A DNA stretch of 62,930 nucleotides, counting the filler, from Octopus bimaculoides (Eukaryota): NCBI RefSeq assembly GCF_001194135.2. It is 5 parts of 4 records of this genome, joined end to end, with 100 filler letters (N's around TTAATTAATTAA, not from the genome) between each part and the next. Parts side by side here need not be neighbours in the genome. Positions count along the whole stretch, not along the records: positions 23,451 to 42,236 come from NC_068983.1; positions 42,337 to 49,073 come from NC_068982.1; positions 49,174 to 60,292 come from NC_068981.1; 2 more parts are not named here. One strand, given 5' to 3'. How positions within the stretch are numbered: the stretch's first letter is position 1; each line of letters starts with the position of its first letter. Shown piece by piece: positions 38,416 to 51,505 of the stretch. The notes under the pieces are model-generated. The model ran no database searches, was not told the DNA's origin, and saw nothing but the letters and a program-made list of their open reading frames with translations. The translations under genes were made by a program, and so were the position numbers.

Positions 38416-39730
38416 CATACATACTTAATGTATGTTAGGGTCGTTGCAGTTACCTAGATTGTTGGGCTCAAGTTACCGAATATAGAGATGTAGGAAGAAC
38501 AAGTATTTTACTGGCTGATATTGGTGAAGGCGGGTCAAATTATGCAGTTAGAAATGGAATTTACATTTGAATGACGTGGTATCCGTCACAAAAAAGCAAA
38601 GAATTTCTATGACTGCGTGTCGTGACAGGAAGCTGGTGGTGTCTCACTGTCTGAATAGCGTTCGTAGTAACTTGGGCATTCGTATTAATTTGGGCGATAT
38701 CGCATTGATTGCCGGCGAATGTGTGTTTGTGTGTAACTATGCCAGCTTTATGTGAGCGTGGATTTGTGCTCCCGATGCGTATATTCGCGTGCCTGCTATG
38801 TGTATGTGTGTGCGTGGGGGGGGGGGTTACATGTATGTGTAAGCTGACTAATAGGTGAGGGCTGCTAGCAGCTCTATGGTGGACATTTACATATTTCCAT
38901 ATATGTATGTGGGTATGTGTGCGGTTATGTATCAGTGATGCGTGAGTGTTTGCGCACGTTTATACGTAGGTATGCTTGTCATTTCTGTATATTAGTTGCG
39001 TGTGTGTCATTTCTATATATTGTTTGCTTGTGTGTCATTTCTCTGTGTGCGTGTGAAAAGGCATATAGCGTCATCAGTGTTCGGGCAACTAGATTTGGCG
39101 TAGGATTGAAGTCTGTTATTGTGTAACGGGGAAAGAAGGAGAGGAGAAGCGTACATCCATAGATGTGTGTGTGTGAGTATATGTGCGGCCGCATGTATAA
39201 GAAGACTTTTGTAGGACGTTAAATAAAATGCATAAGGCTGGAAAGTCCGCTTGTGATCAACGCAGACAACGGTGGTTAGGTTATCCGCCCATGGAAATGG
39301 GACAGCCAGTGTTAGTGTGATATGTCTGGCTTGTCGGCGTCTAGCTGCTTGACGTTTACGAGGAGGACGTACTTTTGGTGGCAGCAACAAGATAGATCTT
39401 ATTTACTGTTGATGGATACTGCAATGTTGGTGAAAATATACAGACTTTCATGGAAACAGAGCTGGCAATCACTATCAAAACATCCCCTGCAACGCAAACG
39501 TCCTAAAATCCAGAAGTCCGTTGACAACAATCAACTCGTAGTCTATTTTAAGAAATTAAATAGAACGCCCGAGCACGTCGCTGGACGACTCTGACAAACA
39601 GATGGAATTGTTATCCAAGGAACTACATATAATGAATATCGAAGGATCAAAACACGAAAACCTAGACAATGGAATGCTATAAGCTAGAACTAAAACTTTT
39701 TACATTATATGTATATAAAGAGGTGTATAT

Positions 39731-39786
<56 letters not shown>

Positions 39787-40067
39787 TATACGCGTTGATG
39801 CATGGCGTGTGTGGGGAGGTGTATACTTTAACTGAGGCACAGCGGTTCTAATAACCTGGTATTAGAACTGGGTATACATATACTTCAGAACAAAGCGTTA
39901 GTCGAGTAGAGACCAGTAATGAGAACTGGAAATGACTAAACAACAAGAACTTCATGAACGTACAGCTATAAGAGGCAATGCACGCAGAGTCGAATGCTTG
40001 TGTGTCACCCTGTAGCTTCGTAAAAGTTTCAAACATAAAGTGGAATTTTGTTTGAGAAAGCATTCAA

Positions 40068-40103
<36 letters not shown>

Positions 40104-40513
40104 AAAAAACCTTAACGCATGTGGGAAATGAATTCAACGGGTTGAAGGGGAGAAGCTCCTCCCAGAAGGGTAAATGATATAATTTCGCTACTTATATGCA
40201 TAAAGAGAGGTATATAAGTTACTATGAAAAGAAAATTACAAGTAAAAATACGTTCTGAGAACAGAGATGGCTTGAAAGAGACAGAATCCAAAATTAAGAG
40301 AGAAAGGAAAAAAGAAAAGTTAGTAAAAAAAAACAAGGAGAGAAAAAGAGAAACGGAAAATAGTTCGTAAATGTGAATGAGAAATGTTCTACGTAAGGAT
40401 CTTAACCAAATTGACCATTTAGGATTATCAGGCCAAAAGGGTTGGAGAGAAACGAGGTATATATTGGGAAGACTATATTTCAGATAACAGCGTGCGTGTA
40501 TTTGTGAGCGTAG

Positions 40514-40553
<40 letters not shown>

Positions 40554-40563
40554 NNNNNNNNNN

Positions 40564-40609
<46 letters not shown>

Positions 40610-41099
40610 TCAGGCAGGGGTGAGAGACATACAATCTTCATTTATACATAGAGGCATACACATTCAAGTATACCTATATACATGCACCAACGGCATCTAT
40701 AAATATGCACACTATAGTCACAGATAGCTACAAATAAAACTAATATTTGATCTGAAATAGTAATCTTCCTAAATATATTTAATTGACTTTGAGATAGTTG
40801 CTTAATGTTATTGTCAAAATATTCTGTTCTTTATTGTGTTTTAGCCACAAGTTTTAAAGTTTCTTGTAAATATATTTTCGTGTTATATTCTGGTAAATAT
40901 GATATCATCTCTTGTTTTATTTTTATTACGTATAATATATCTATGTGTCTATATAATTTTATATTTTGCTATTAGAAAGTTTCCTTAGATATTTCAATCT
41001 TCTGAAATTTTATAGGAAAGTGAAGTTCTGTTAACTAGTATTTTTATACCCATTTTATATTCTCTATCCAATTTAAATCAAAGAAATGAACATCTTGTT

Positions 41100-41830
41100 T
41101 CTGTAGAATATGCGAATAAATTTAGGCGTTTAATAATGCATATATTTAAACGTTTAATAATGCATAGAAAGATGTGAGTGAGCGCCTGTTGAATATGTTT
41201 CGTGCCTGTGATTTACGTGAAACTGCTCATCTAAGAAAGACAAGAATCTTTTATCTATGTTCGTTTTAACATCATGGGAAAAGAAGGGGGGCAACCGAAT
41301 TATTCTCCTGGGTCTACTTTCAGGCCTATTTTTGTTATTCGTAGTATCACTAGAGAGGTTGTAAATGAAAGCCACTATTGGCAAGGGCATCGTTGTAAGA
41401 AGAGTATCATTACATGCAAACACGAACATGGGCCTACTGTCAATTGTAACTGTCGAGACCCAGCAATCTGCCCATTCATCCTGGATTGCATGATTAAATC
41501 TGCCATTTATGAGGCAGAAGTTATTGCAATGCAATAACAAGAAAGAAGAGTTACATCAACTTATCTGAAGACGACTTCAGGAATCGCTATGCTAACCACA
41601 TATCTTCCTTCCGACACAGGGACAAAAGCAAGCGCCCAAGCTTGTTAGCTACGTATGGGGCTTGGAATCTAACACTACAACACATGCAATCAAGCAGGAA
41701 ATAGTTGAAAAGTCCACACCATATGTCAACAGATCAAAAATGCAAGCTATGAATCTAAGGATTCCACGACACTACTGAATTCTAGGTCTGAAATTTTCAG
41801 CGTCTGTAAATATGTGGATAATGTTCCTGT
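41100..41830 (+). mobile_element. Penelope-like element 3' fragment with inverted 5' segment
   Basis: Plus strand about 41390-41830: CNCRDPAICPFILDCMIKSAIYEAEV..SYINLSEDDFRNRYANHISSFR..LNSRSEIFSVCKY (GIY-YIG). Minus strand about 41100-41335: RRIIRLPPFFSHDVKTNIDKRFLSFLDEQF..IFNRR (the preceding linker). Confidence 0.8.
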
Positions 41831-42799
41831 TGACAAATTGGAAGACACCACCCTCTCCTCAATGAGCAGCTGTAGCTCAGACTGTACACTATTCATTCGG
41901 CTTTATTTTGGTTTTATGGTTAAAGGAGACATGACTCAAAGCCCCCACCATTTTCGTTTTCGTTTTCCTTCCGTTTTCCTGTGTTCTCAAACTCCTACAT
42001 CTACTTCCTTCTCACCATTTCTTGTATATTTTATTCATTTTAACGTCCTGTTTTAGCGTCTATTTGTGAGCATTACTTGAAGGCGCCAGGCCTATGAATA
42101 TGCTAGCAGATCATAAAAATATAGACTGCTCATAAAGATATATATTGTGTTTATGAATTGATATCTGTCTCTCAGTCAGAGTACACTTTTTGTTGATTTT
42201 ACTTTCACAGAATAGTATAATATAATACTATATATANNNNNNNNNNNNNNNNNNNNNNNNNNNNNNNNNNNNNNNNNNNNTTAATTAATTAANNNNNNNN
42301 NNNNNNNNNNNNNNNNNNNNNNNNNNNNNNNNNNNNCGAGGGGGGGGAGAAAGGAAAGAGAAAGAGATAGAGTAGCGTCGGAGGATAAGTTTACGAACTA
42401 CTTACAATTTTTGTGAGACGCTGCGTTCAATCATGTAAAAACAAAAGTAAATGAGTATATGCATATATACGTACAGGTATGTGCATACCGACATCCACCT
42501 GTATGTATAGGTGCATATCTGGGTACAGGACATTGCAAACAAACGTAGACGAGAACACACGAGCCACATAGAGAACATATATATATATATATATAGTGGC
42601 TTCATGCAGACATAGCGTGGATTCGATCCTCGATCGTCAAATTTCACTTAACAGTTCAACAGCATTTTCTCACTGTAAAATAATAGTTTTTCTGTGAGTG
42701 ATAGCAGTTACATTTGCCAGATGCCTTCGCTCAGCAGAATAATGTCTTTGCCACTTGACCCCTCTAACCTCGTCTATCTCACCAAAAGCTAGAATAGAG

Positions 42800-45700
42800 A
42801 TAACAGACCCCCAACGAAATCTATTGATCTCAACAATATGTCTATCCTTCTAGCTGTTTTTGGATAGTTATAAATACTAGAATTTGGTACGATATCTGGG
42901 ATTAAAATTTAAAATAACCCTCCGGAGGTAGAACTGACTTGGATACTAGCCACACTAATGTACGAGAATAGACATAATCCAGATAACAAGAGATGCACCG
43001 CAAAATTGGAGAGGACAAACACTAGAAGTCCTGGTGCAAGCCACAATGATCGATTTAGAAAAATTGCCCGAAAAGATATTATTCGGAGAGGATATCGTGT
43101 TAGCAGTACATGTGGAGGGGAGGAAGCCCAGGTGCTTCATATATGGAAAAAAGGGGCACCTGAGGTCAAAATGCTCCCCTCCACAAATGGGAAAACCCTA
43201 AGAAAATGGACAAGAGGAAAGTACAGAGGAGGCGGCACCCCCGGCCACTAAGGTTGTTACACAGAGAGCGACCGCCGAAATTGAACCTGTAAACAAACTG
43301 GCCGAAGCGACACCGGTAGTAGAAGAAATGAATTTTGAAACGGTGTCGCGAAAAAGGCCTAAAGAGGTAATGGAGTCACCAAATAAAGAGGCAGCTCCAA
43401 AAAAGAAGGAAAGGAAGAAGATTAACCCGGAGGAAAGGAAAAAGGGGAAAAATTTATTTCATCCAGAAGAAGTGGAAGTAACACACAATTTAGATGAAAG
43501 GATATCCGTAGTTTTAAAAAATACGAACAATACAATGATGGGGATAATCAAGCCCCATTTAAAGAGTAATATTTTTTTGACAAGTATCCCTAAAAACCCG
43601 AACAGTATAGCGAAAATACCACGAGATCTTTTTATGGACCTAAAAAACAGGTATCCTAAAGAGATACGTGAACTAACAGAGTCGCCCAAAGTGTTCGACT
43701 CGCCGATGGAACCCACCATAGAAGAGACGAAGGGGGTGGTCTCAGCCTCAGTGGTACTGAGAACGTTCCCCTTGGATTAAGGTAGACAAATTTCCTTCTT
43801 TTCTTGTTTTTTGACATGGTTGCACTACGTGTAGGCTGTCTGAATGTGCTTGGCCTGAGCTCGAAGTGGAACCAAGCCTGTTTCCTTGACGACCTCAGGT
43901 CAGGTAAAATTGATATTATGGTTGCTACAGAGACCAAGTTGGACAAGCTGCAGGCCTTCTCAAACCTCCTGAAAGACAATGAGAAAATCATGTCTCCTAG
44001 TTGGACAGTGGGAGGGGTGGCGTTGTGGTTTTGATCCGAAAAAGCTTGGCTCTGCAGTCACATGCAAACTTTGTAGACCCAGAAGGTGATTCGGTCGTTC
44101 TGGATCTGACTTTTCAGTGGTATGACCTTCTGGTTGATCGGCATTTACGCGCCTTGCATAGTGGGCAAACGGAAGGGGTTCTATCGACGCCTGGAAGATT
44201 TTCTTGTGACGTCAAAGACAATAGTAATCTTAGGAAACTTTAACGCTAATCTAGATGCACGCCTAGATAACGTTGGCTCAACCGGTAGGAAAAGTGACTC
44301 ATGCCTCATCGATCTGCTGAAGCGATTTAGGTTGACAGATCGATTCAGACTCGAGAATCCGAGCGTTCCAATATGAACTTGGAGTAATAACGACGGATCT
44401 CTCAGGTCTTATATATAGACAGGATAGTAGTGAAAACTAGAGATAGGTCCTCTTTTAGCTGTCCACAGTTTACGCATATACCCTACACGGATCACAAATT
44501 ACTGACGTGTAAGATGCATATAGATAAAGTCCATAGACAGGGATCTGGTTACTGGAAGTTGAACAAGACCCTATTGGCTTGCGAAATATACGGTAACCGG
44601 ATTAAGGAGTTAGTCATGAGGGCACTCACCGGTACCGTGTTGAATAACCGGTGGTGAGTGACTCTCAAAAGAGCCATTCGTCTTGAGTCTATTATATTTA
44701 GCAAACAGTTAAGTCTAGAGCAGGCTAGGGTAGAAGGGTCTCTAGTTAAGGCATTAAAAGAGGCGCTGAGAGTGGGCTCTGCACCCCATGGCGGCGAGAT
44801 CGGCCTTGGACCGATACGTCAATGCCAAACACGAAGGTTGCAGGGTCCGGGTTAAAGTACGTGCACTGGGTCGCGGGGGTATCAACGCTGCCGGGTGGGC
44901 TCGCTCTGTTCTCCCGAGCGAGCAATACCGGCAGCGGCGCTACCACTGCGGATTTTTTGTAGCGGGTTGGTAGAGCATATATCCGACGACGTTTTGGGGG
45001 AAGACTCTAGGCTTCGATGAAGAACAGCTTGTCAACCTGTTCGGAAGAACATTCAGGCACTTCCAGAAATCCCTGGCCTGGTTGTGCTACCGATTGGCCT
45101 TGCCAGTTCGAGAGAGATTTTCAAGGCATGGTGCTAGTACCCCACCCACATTCCCGAGGTGCGGGCGTGTCACTGAAACTGTCACGCTCGCCTTCGTACA
45201 TTGTGAGAAACTGAGGGAACTGATAACCTATGCCGAACAACTGGTGTCAGATGCGGAAAGAGTACGGTTATCGACTGAGTCTATCATCAAGATTGTGGCG
45301 CCTCCCTCCTTTAACGAGGATAAGGAGGCGTCATTTTTTTGCGTAGTAGCCGTATCGAAAGAAACAGTATAGATGACGCGTGGAAGAGGAATTGAGACAG
45401 GCAACTTTATCTCCGGACACGGGTTGGTTAGTTTTTTTTAACTACCACCTGTCCAGAAAGATCAGTTTGGAGAAAAGGTGCCTGCCTCAAAAAACGTTTG
45501 AGAAAAGATGGACAAATGTCGTAAGGAAGTTGAGAGTGAATGGAGCCGCGCTAGTGTAGCCGGTCTGAACGGAAAAGAAGGAAAAAACGGAAGGAAAAAC
45601 AACAAAAAAGTTATTACAAAGAGTAAAAAGGAAAAAACCGGTGAGTCGAACACAAACCCGAAAAATATCATTTAATTTTTAATTCATTTCGATTTCATTG

Positions 45701-45846
45701 TACTGTGTAAATTTATTCGATTTCAGTATATCCGATTTTAGACAACCTGACTAATGTATAACCCCAGCCCCTAAATGTTTTTTGTTTTGTCCTTGTGCTG
45801 TCCCCTCTGTGTAAGCCATTTATTGATTATAAAGAAATTAGTTAGT
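42800..45846 (+). mobile_element. Tx1/L1-clade LINE, 5'-truncated, RT domain internally deleted
   Basis: ORF1 with knuckle 'VEGRKPRCFIYGKKGHLRSKC'; ORF2 APE from 43816 (VGCLNVLGL, VATETKL, IGIYAP, ILGNFNA, SYIDRI, YTDHK); zf-RVT-like C-terminus (LAWLCYRLALPVRER..PRCGRVTETVT.AFVHC); 3' end ATAAAGAAATTAGTTAGT. Confidence 0.88.
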
Positions 45847-46542
45847 GAGAGCGACCATCAGTTAGTGAACAGAGACCAACTAGAGTCATGGCCACAAGCA
45901 GACAGACACTAAAGACAAACGGTCAGAAGGAGAAAGATTACAATCAGTCAATTATGAGACACAACATCCCCCGACTCTATAACTTTCACTAGTTCAATTT
46001 CTTTCCTCTTACGACATCATGCTATCAATATCTATGGTTTACTACTATAATAAGAACATGTACCCACATACCAGCCGAAATTAACTCTTTTAAACTCTTT
46101 TTCCATTTACTAATTATACATACCAAACCGTCGTGGTTTTGGATATATACAAAGTAACGGTAAATAAATATCGCTTTACAACTTCGATCACTGTTTTTCG
46201 TTCATCTTGCACATCTACAACAGCAACACTCGATACAATTGCTAACTGCCGACTCCAACATATATCGTAATACAAACCGTTACACTGGCAACCAATTACA
46301 TATATGTAACAACCGTTACATATATATATACACTTCGTTTTTGTATCTGGTTTGCAAGATTCTTTATGTGAATTCGTTTGTTGAAGCACATTTTGTAGTA
46401 TTTGGGGAGAGTCATACTGCCTTAATGCCTTAATGGAGGAAAAACAAATATAAATGATAAATGAGTGGAAATTGAACCGGTGCGTGTGTGTTACATTAAG
46501 GCAGTATGACTCTCTCCAGACACAACAATATATATATATATA

Positions 46543-46691
46543 TCCTTTCAGTTTCCATCGACCAAATCCACTCACAAGGCTTTGGTTGGCCCGAGGCTAT
46601 AGTAGAAGACACTTGCCCAAGGTGCCACGCAGTGGGACTGAACCTGGAATCATGTGGTTTGGAAGCAAGCTTCTCACTACACAGTCATGCC
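46543..46691 (-). mobile_element. SINE family A 5' part
   Basis: Homology to 5288-5430. Confidence 0.8.
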
Positions 46692-47620
46692 TTATATCTT
46701 ACAAAACAAAATTTAGAATTCTAAAAAAGATAGTGTTACGTGTCAGTATATATATATATATATATATATATTACGGAGATGTACTTGCATAGCAAGTGAC
46801 CGGATCTGAGATCGTGTGCTGGAACGAAAACAATTGCAGCGTGGAAGGTGTTTATAAGCCATTTAAAACAACACACAAAAACCGTTAGATTCACTTCAAT
46901 ATTTNNNNNNNNNNNNNNNNNNNNNNNNNNNNNNNNNNNNNNNNNNNNNNNNNNNNNNNNNNNNNNNNNNNNNNNNNNNNNNNNNNNNNNNNNNNNNNNN
47001 NNNNNNNNNNNNNNNNNNNNNNNNNNNNNNNNNNNNNNNNNNNNNNNNNNNNNNNNNNNNNNNNNNNNNNNNNNNNNNNNNNNNNNNNNNNNNNNNNNNN
47101 NNNNNNNNNNNNNNNNNNNNNNNNNNNNNNNNNNNNNNNNNNNNNNNNNNNNNNNNNNNNNNNNNNNNNNNNNNNNNNNNNNNNNNNNNNNNNNNNNNNN
47201 NNNNNNNNNNNNNNNNNNNNNNNNNNNNNNNNNNNNNNNNNNNNNNNNNNNNNNNNNNNNNNNNNNNNNNNNNNNNNNNNNNNNNNNNNNNNNNNNNNNN
47301 NNNNNNNNNNNNNNNNNNNNNNNNNNNNNNNNNNNNNNNNNNNNNNNNNNNNNNNNNNNNNNNNNNNNNNNNNNNNNNNNNNNNNNNNNNNNNNNNNNNN
47401 NNNNNNNNNNNNNNNNNNNNNNNNNNNNNNNNNNNNNNNNNNNNNNNNNNNNNNNNNNNNNNNNNNNNNNNNNNNNNNNNNNNNNNNNNNNNNNNNNNNN
47501 NNNNNNNNNNNNNNNNNNNNNNNNNNNNNNNNNNNNNNNNNNNNNNNNNNNNNNNNNNNNNNNNNNNNNNNNNNNNNNNNNNNNNNNNNNNNNNNNNNNN
47601 NNNNNNNNNNNNNNNNNNNN

Positions 47621-47697
<77 letters not shown>

Positions 47698-49173
47698 CAT
47701 GTGTGCGTATATGTACGTGTATTTGTATATTATGCTTGTGTATTTGTGTCGTCGATGTAATCGACTTACCCCACGCCCAAAACAAAATTTGAAACCATCA
47801 TTAATTACTTCAGAATATACTTCAATTTATTAAAATTATTTATTCTCTGTCACGTATTTGACCAATATTTAAACTTCAAACAGTATTTTTCAAATATCAC
47901 TGATATTATCACAGATTAAGAAAATGACAAAAATCTTATTCTAGTCAGGTTTGATCTCATGTAACTACAACTGTTGTTTACATGTGTTGTGTTTACCAAG
48001 GTCAGCTCTGATTCAGCGTTTCAGCCAGAGGCAAAGCAAGTGTTCTCAGCAACCGGGAAGGCAAGGGGCATTCTTAGTCCCCCATCTTAATTAATAGCCC
48101 ACCGACAGAGGCAAACTACATTTCACCTCTTGCTTTGTCTCTTGTTCCAATTATCGCATCTTATTTTTAAGTATTACAGATACTTCCTATTTTACGATGG
48201 TAAGGTGTGGATTGTTAGTTGGAACTTGGCTGTTATTTCCTGCAGCTCAGTGTGTGTGTGTCTGTTCGTGTGTATATACACACATTATGTGGGCGATACT
48301 TTCAACCGAGACGTTCCAATTGTATCTGATTCTTCAAGTGTTTCAATTCTCTGTACGTACATATATTGACAAGATTGCTGACCTTTATTAATAATTTTTT
48401 TCATTGTGCTGATGTGCCATTTTCTATCGTTAACGAAACTGTTGGCATTTTTGATGTCACGGGTATGCTAGGATATATGTATGTATGTGTGTATGTATGT
48501 ATGTATGTATGTATGTATGTATCTATATATATAATATAATATAATATAATATAATATAATATAATAATATATATATGCATATATGCATACATATATGTAC
48601 ATATATATATATATGTATATATATGTATATACACATGCATATATGGGTACAGGACGTAAAAAAAACGTGAACAACATGAAGAACGAGAAGAGGAAAAACA
48701 AAAACATGGAAAACGAACTTTATATATATATATATATATTAATAAATTATAGGGTAGCAAAAAAAATTTTTGAAATTTTATTTACCACCAGTGGTCTAGC
48801 GAGAATAAAAAAAACAGTCAATAGACTATGTATTATTCATTTAAAATGCAGAGATGCCTATAATAGGACATCTACTCGCTAGAAATAGCAGCAAAAGACT
48901 ACATACCACAAAAATTAGGGATAATTTCGAAAGGAAATGAAAAATAAAAACTTTTACCAATCTATATTCTGTACCATGGTTTCAAGTCAATTTTAGTAAG
49001 ATAAAGATTTTATCTTACAAGGTCGGACTATCGTCAGCAGAAATGACCAGACAACATATGAAGCACGAGTCAANNNNNNNNNNNNNNNNNNNNNNNNNNN
49101 NNNNNNNNNNNNNNNNNTTAATTAATTAANNNNNNNNNNNNNNNNNNNNNNNNNNNNNNNNNNNNNNNNNNNN

Positions 49174-49276
49174 CCTGTCGGGGGTCGATAAAATAAGTAC
49201 CAGTTAAGTACTGCGGTCGATCTAATCGTCTAGCCCCCTCCCCCAAATTTCAGACCTTGCGCCTATAGTAGAAAGG

Positions 49277-49369
<93 letters not shown>

Positions 49370-49930
49370 GTTGTTGTTATTATTTAGGCGGCGAGCTAAC
49401 AGAATCATTAGCACGTCGGGCAGAATGCTTAACGGCATTTCGTCCCTCCTTATATTCTGAGTTCAAATCCTGCCGATGTCGACTTTACCTTTCATCCTTT
49501 CGGGTTGATAAGTGAGGTACTTGCGAAACACTGGGGTCGATGTAATCGACTAGTCCCCTTCTACCAAATTTCAAGCCTTGTGCCTATAGTAGAAAGGATT
49601 ATTATAAATATTATTATTATTATTATTATTATTAGTAGTAGTAGTAGTAGTAGTAGTAAAAGGCGGTAAACTGACAGATTCGTTAATGCGTCGTACAAAA
49701 TGCATTGCGGTATTTCTTTCGGTTGTTTACGTTCTGAGTTTAAATTCCCCTGAGGTCGACTTTCATCCTTTTCGAATCGATAAAGTAAATACCATTTGAA
49801 CACTGGAATTAATATAATTGACTTTCCCCAACCTCAAAATTTCAGGCCTCTTGCTTATAGTAGAAAGAGTAAAAGGAGAAAAATCGCATTTTTTCATTTA
49901 CGTTCAGGTCTTGTGCCTATAATTAAAAAA
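49174..49930 (+). mobile_element. Head-to-tail cluster of SINE family B copies separated by (AAT)n/(ATT)n/(AGT)n tails
   Basis: Tail-only copy at 49174-49277, copies from about 49385 and 49660, extra tail at about 49900-49925. Confidence 0.85.
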
Positions 49931-49984
49931 AATATTGTTTTTATTAAAAAGAGAAATTCTAATAAGTATTATATGGAAATATGG

Positions 49985-50700
49985 TACGTGACAAAGCCAA
50001 TTCATGATGACAGTACAAAAAGACGCAAAATAAACAAACAATAACACATACATGCTGGCAGTCCGTGGAGGCGCAATGGCTCAGTATTTAGGGCAGCGGA
50101 CTCGCGGTCATAGGATCGCGGTTTCGATTTCCAGACCGGGCGTTGAGTGTTTATTGAGCGAAAACACCTAAAGTTCCTCGAGGCTCTTGCAGGGGATGGT
50201 GGCGAACCCTGCTGTACTCTTTCACCACAACTTTCTCTCACTCTTACTTCCTGTTTCTGTTGTGCCTGTATTTCAAAGGGTCAGCCTTGTCACACTGTGT
50301 CACGCTGAATATCCCCGAGAACTACGTTAAGGGTACACGTGTCTGTGGAGTGCTCAGCCACTTGCACGTTAATTTCACGAGCAGGCTGCTCCGTTGATCG
50401 GATCAACTGGAACCTACGACGTCGTAAGCGACGGAGTGCCAACAACAAGCTGGCAGTCCAAATCAATGGTATTTAGCCGGAATCAGGACAAATTTACTTA
50501 CATAGGTTGAATAATCAACGAAAAGAAACATGTGAAACTGAAACAATGAGGCAAATTACAGAATCAATAATGATGAATAAAATCTGGAGGAACAACTCTA
50601 TAACGAATGACACATTGACTAAAAGAAGAATGGAGATGAAATTGTAAGTATTTGAAATGAAGTATTTCTGCAACATTTTGAGCAATACACGGAAGGACTT
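49985..50700 (+). pseudogene. RTE-clade LINE RT C-terminal relic interrupted by a family C SINE
   Basis: 'VQINGI*..FTYIG*II..TCETETMRQI..MNKIWRNNSI..VFEMKYFCNIL' matches RTE 'I.ING..LE.V..F.YLGS.I...CE.EI..RI..L.KIW....AFEM.C.R.IL'. Confidence 0.55.
50065..50448 (+). mobile_element. SINE family C, tail type 1, 11-bp TSD GCTGGCAGTCC
   Basis: TSD at 50054-64 and 50449-59. Confidence 0.93.
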
Positions 50701-51194
50701 GAGCAGTAGTAGTTTTGTTAAACGTCAGAAAAGTTGTCTTACAGTATTTGCTCCATTTCTTTACTTCTGAATTCAAATCCCGCTATGGTCATTTTACCTT
50801 CATTTTCTCGGCGTCGAGAAAATAAAGTACCAGTCAAGTTACTGATGTTAAAGCTATCAGCAATATCTCCCCTTAAAATTGTTGTTATTGAGTTTAAATC
50901 AGGAACTACAGTTAACACGTTCATGTTGAGAAGAAAAGGATATTCATTGAAACCGTAGAATGATTGGGTAACTTGCAAATACAATCATATCTGGAAAACT
51001 AGAAAGTAAAACTAGAAGCTGCCAACCAAAAAGAAACTCATTCCGATTCCTAATCGAAACCATATCACCTTATTTGTAGTATAAATATAATCGCGGGAAA
51101 TATTAAAATTCTCATGTTGCATTTCGATTCCTTTTATCTTTGAGGTTTTGTCCTAATGCAAAGTAAAGGCAATGTATTTGGAAGTATAAGATAT

Positions 51195-51505
51195 TTTTAT
51201 TTATGCGCCCTTTTAAAGCCTAGCCAGGCTCATGGGCCCGGTTTCCCGGTTTCCATGGCGTATGTGTTCCCCCCAACTGGACGGGACGCCAGTCCATCGC
51301 AGTGTTACTCAAGAAACAGGAAGAAAGAGTGAGAGAAAGTTGGGGTGAAAGAGTACAACAGGGGTTGCCACCACCCCCTGCCGGAGCCTCGTAGAGCTTT
51401 AGGTGTTTTCGCTCAATAAACACAGACAACGCCCGGTCTGGGAATTGAAACCGCGATTCTCCGACCGCAAGTCCGCTGCCCTAACCACTTGGCCATTGCG
51501 CCTCC
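51195..51505 (-). mobile_element. SINE family C, tail type 2 ending ..GGGCGCATAAATAAAAA, 12-bp TSD AGTATAAGATAT
   Basis: TSD at 51183-94 and 51506-17. Confidence 0.92.

Noticed and set aside
39230-39480. LINE RT-like words ('RRQRWLGY', 'VYEEDVLLVA')
   Set aside because: The motifs are ambiguous and in inconsistent order.
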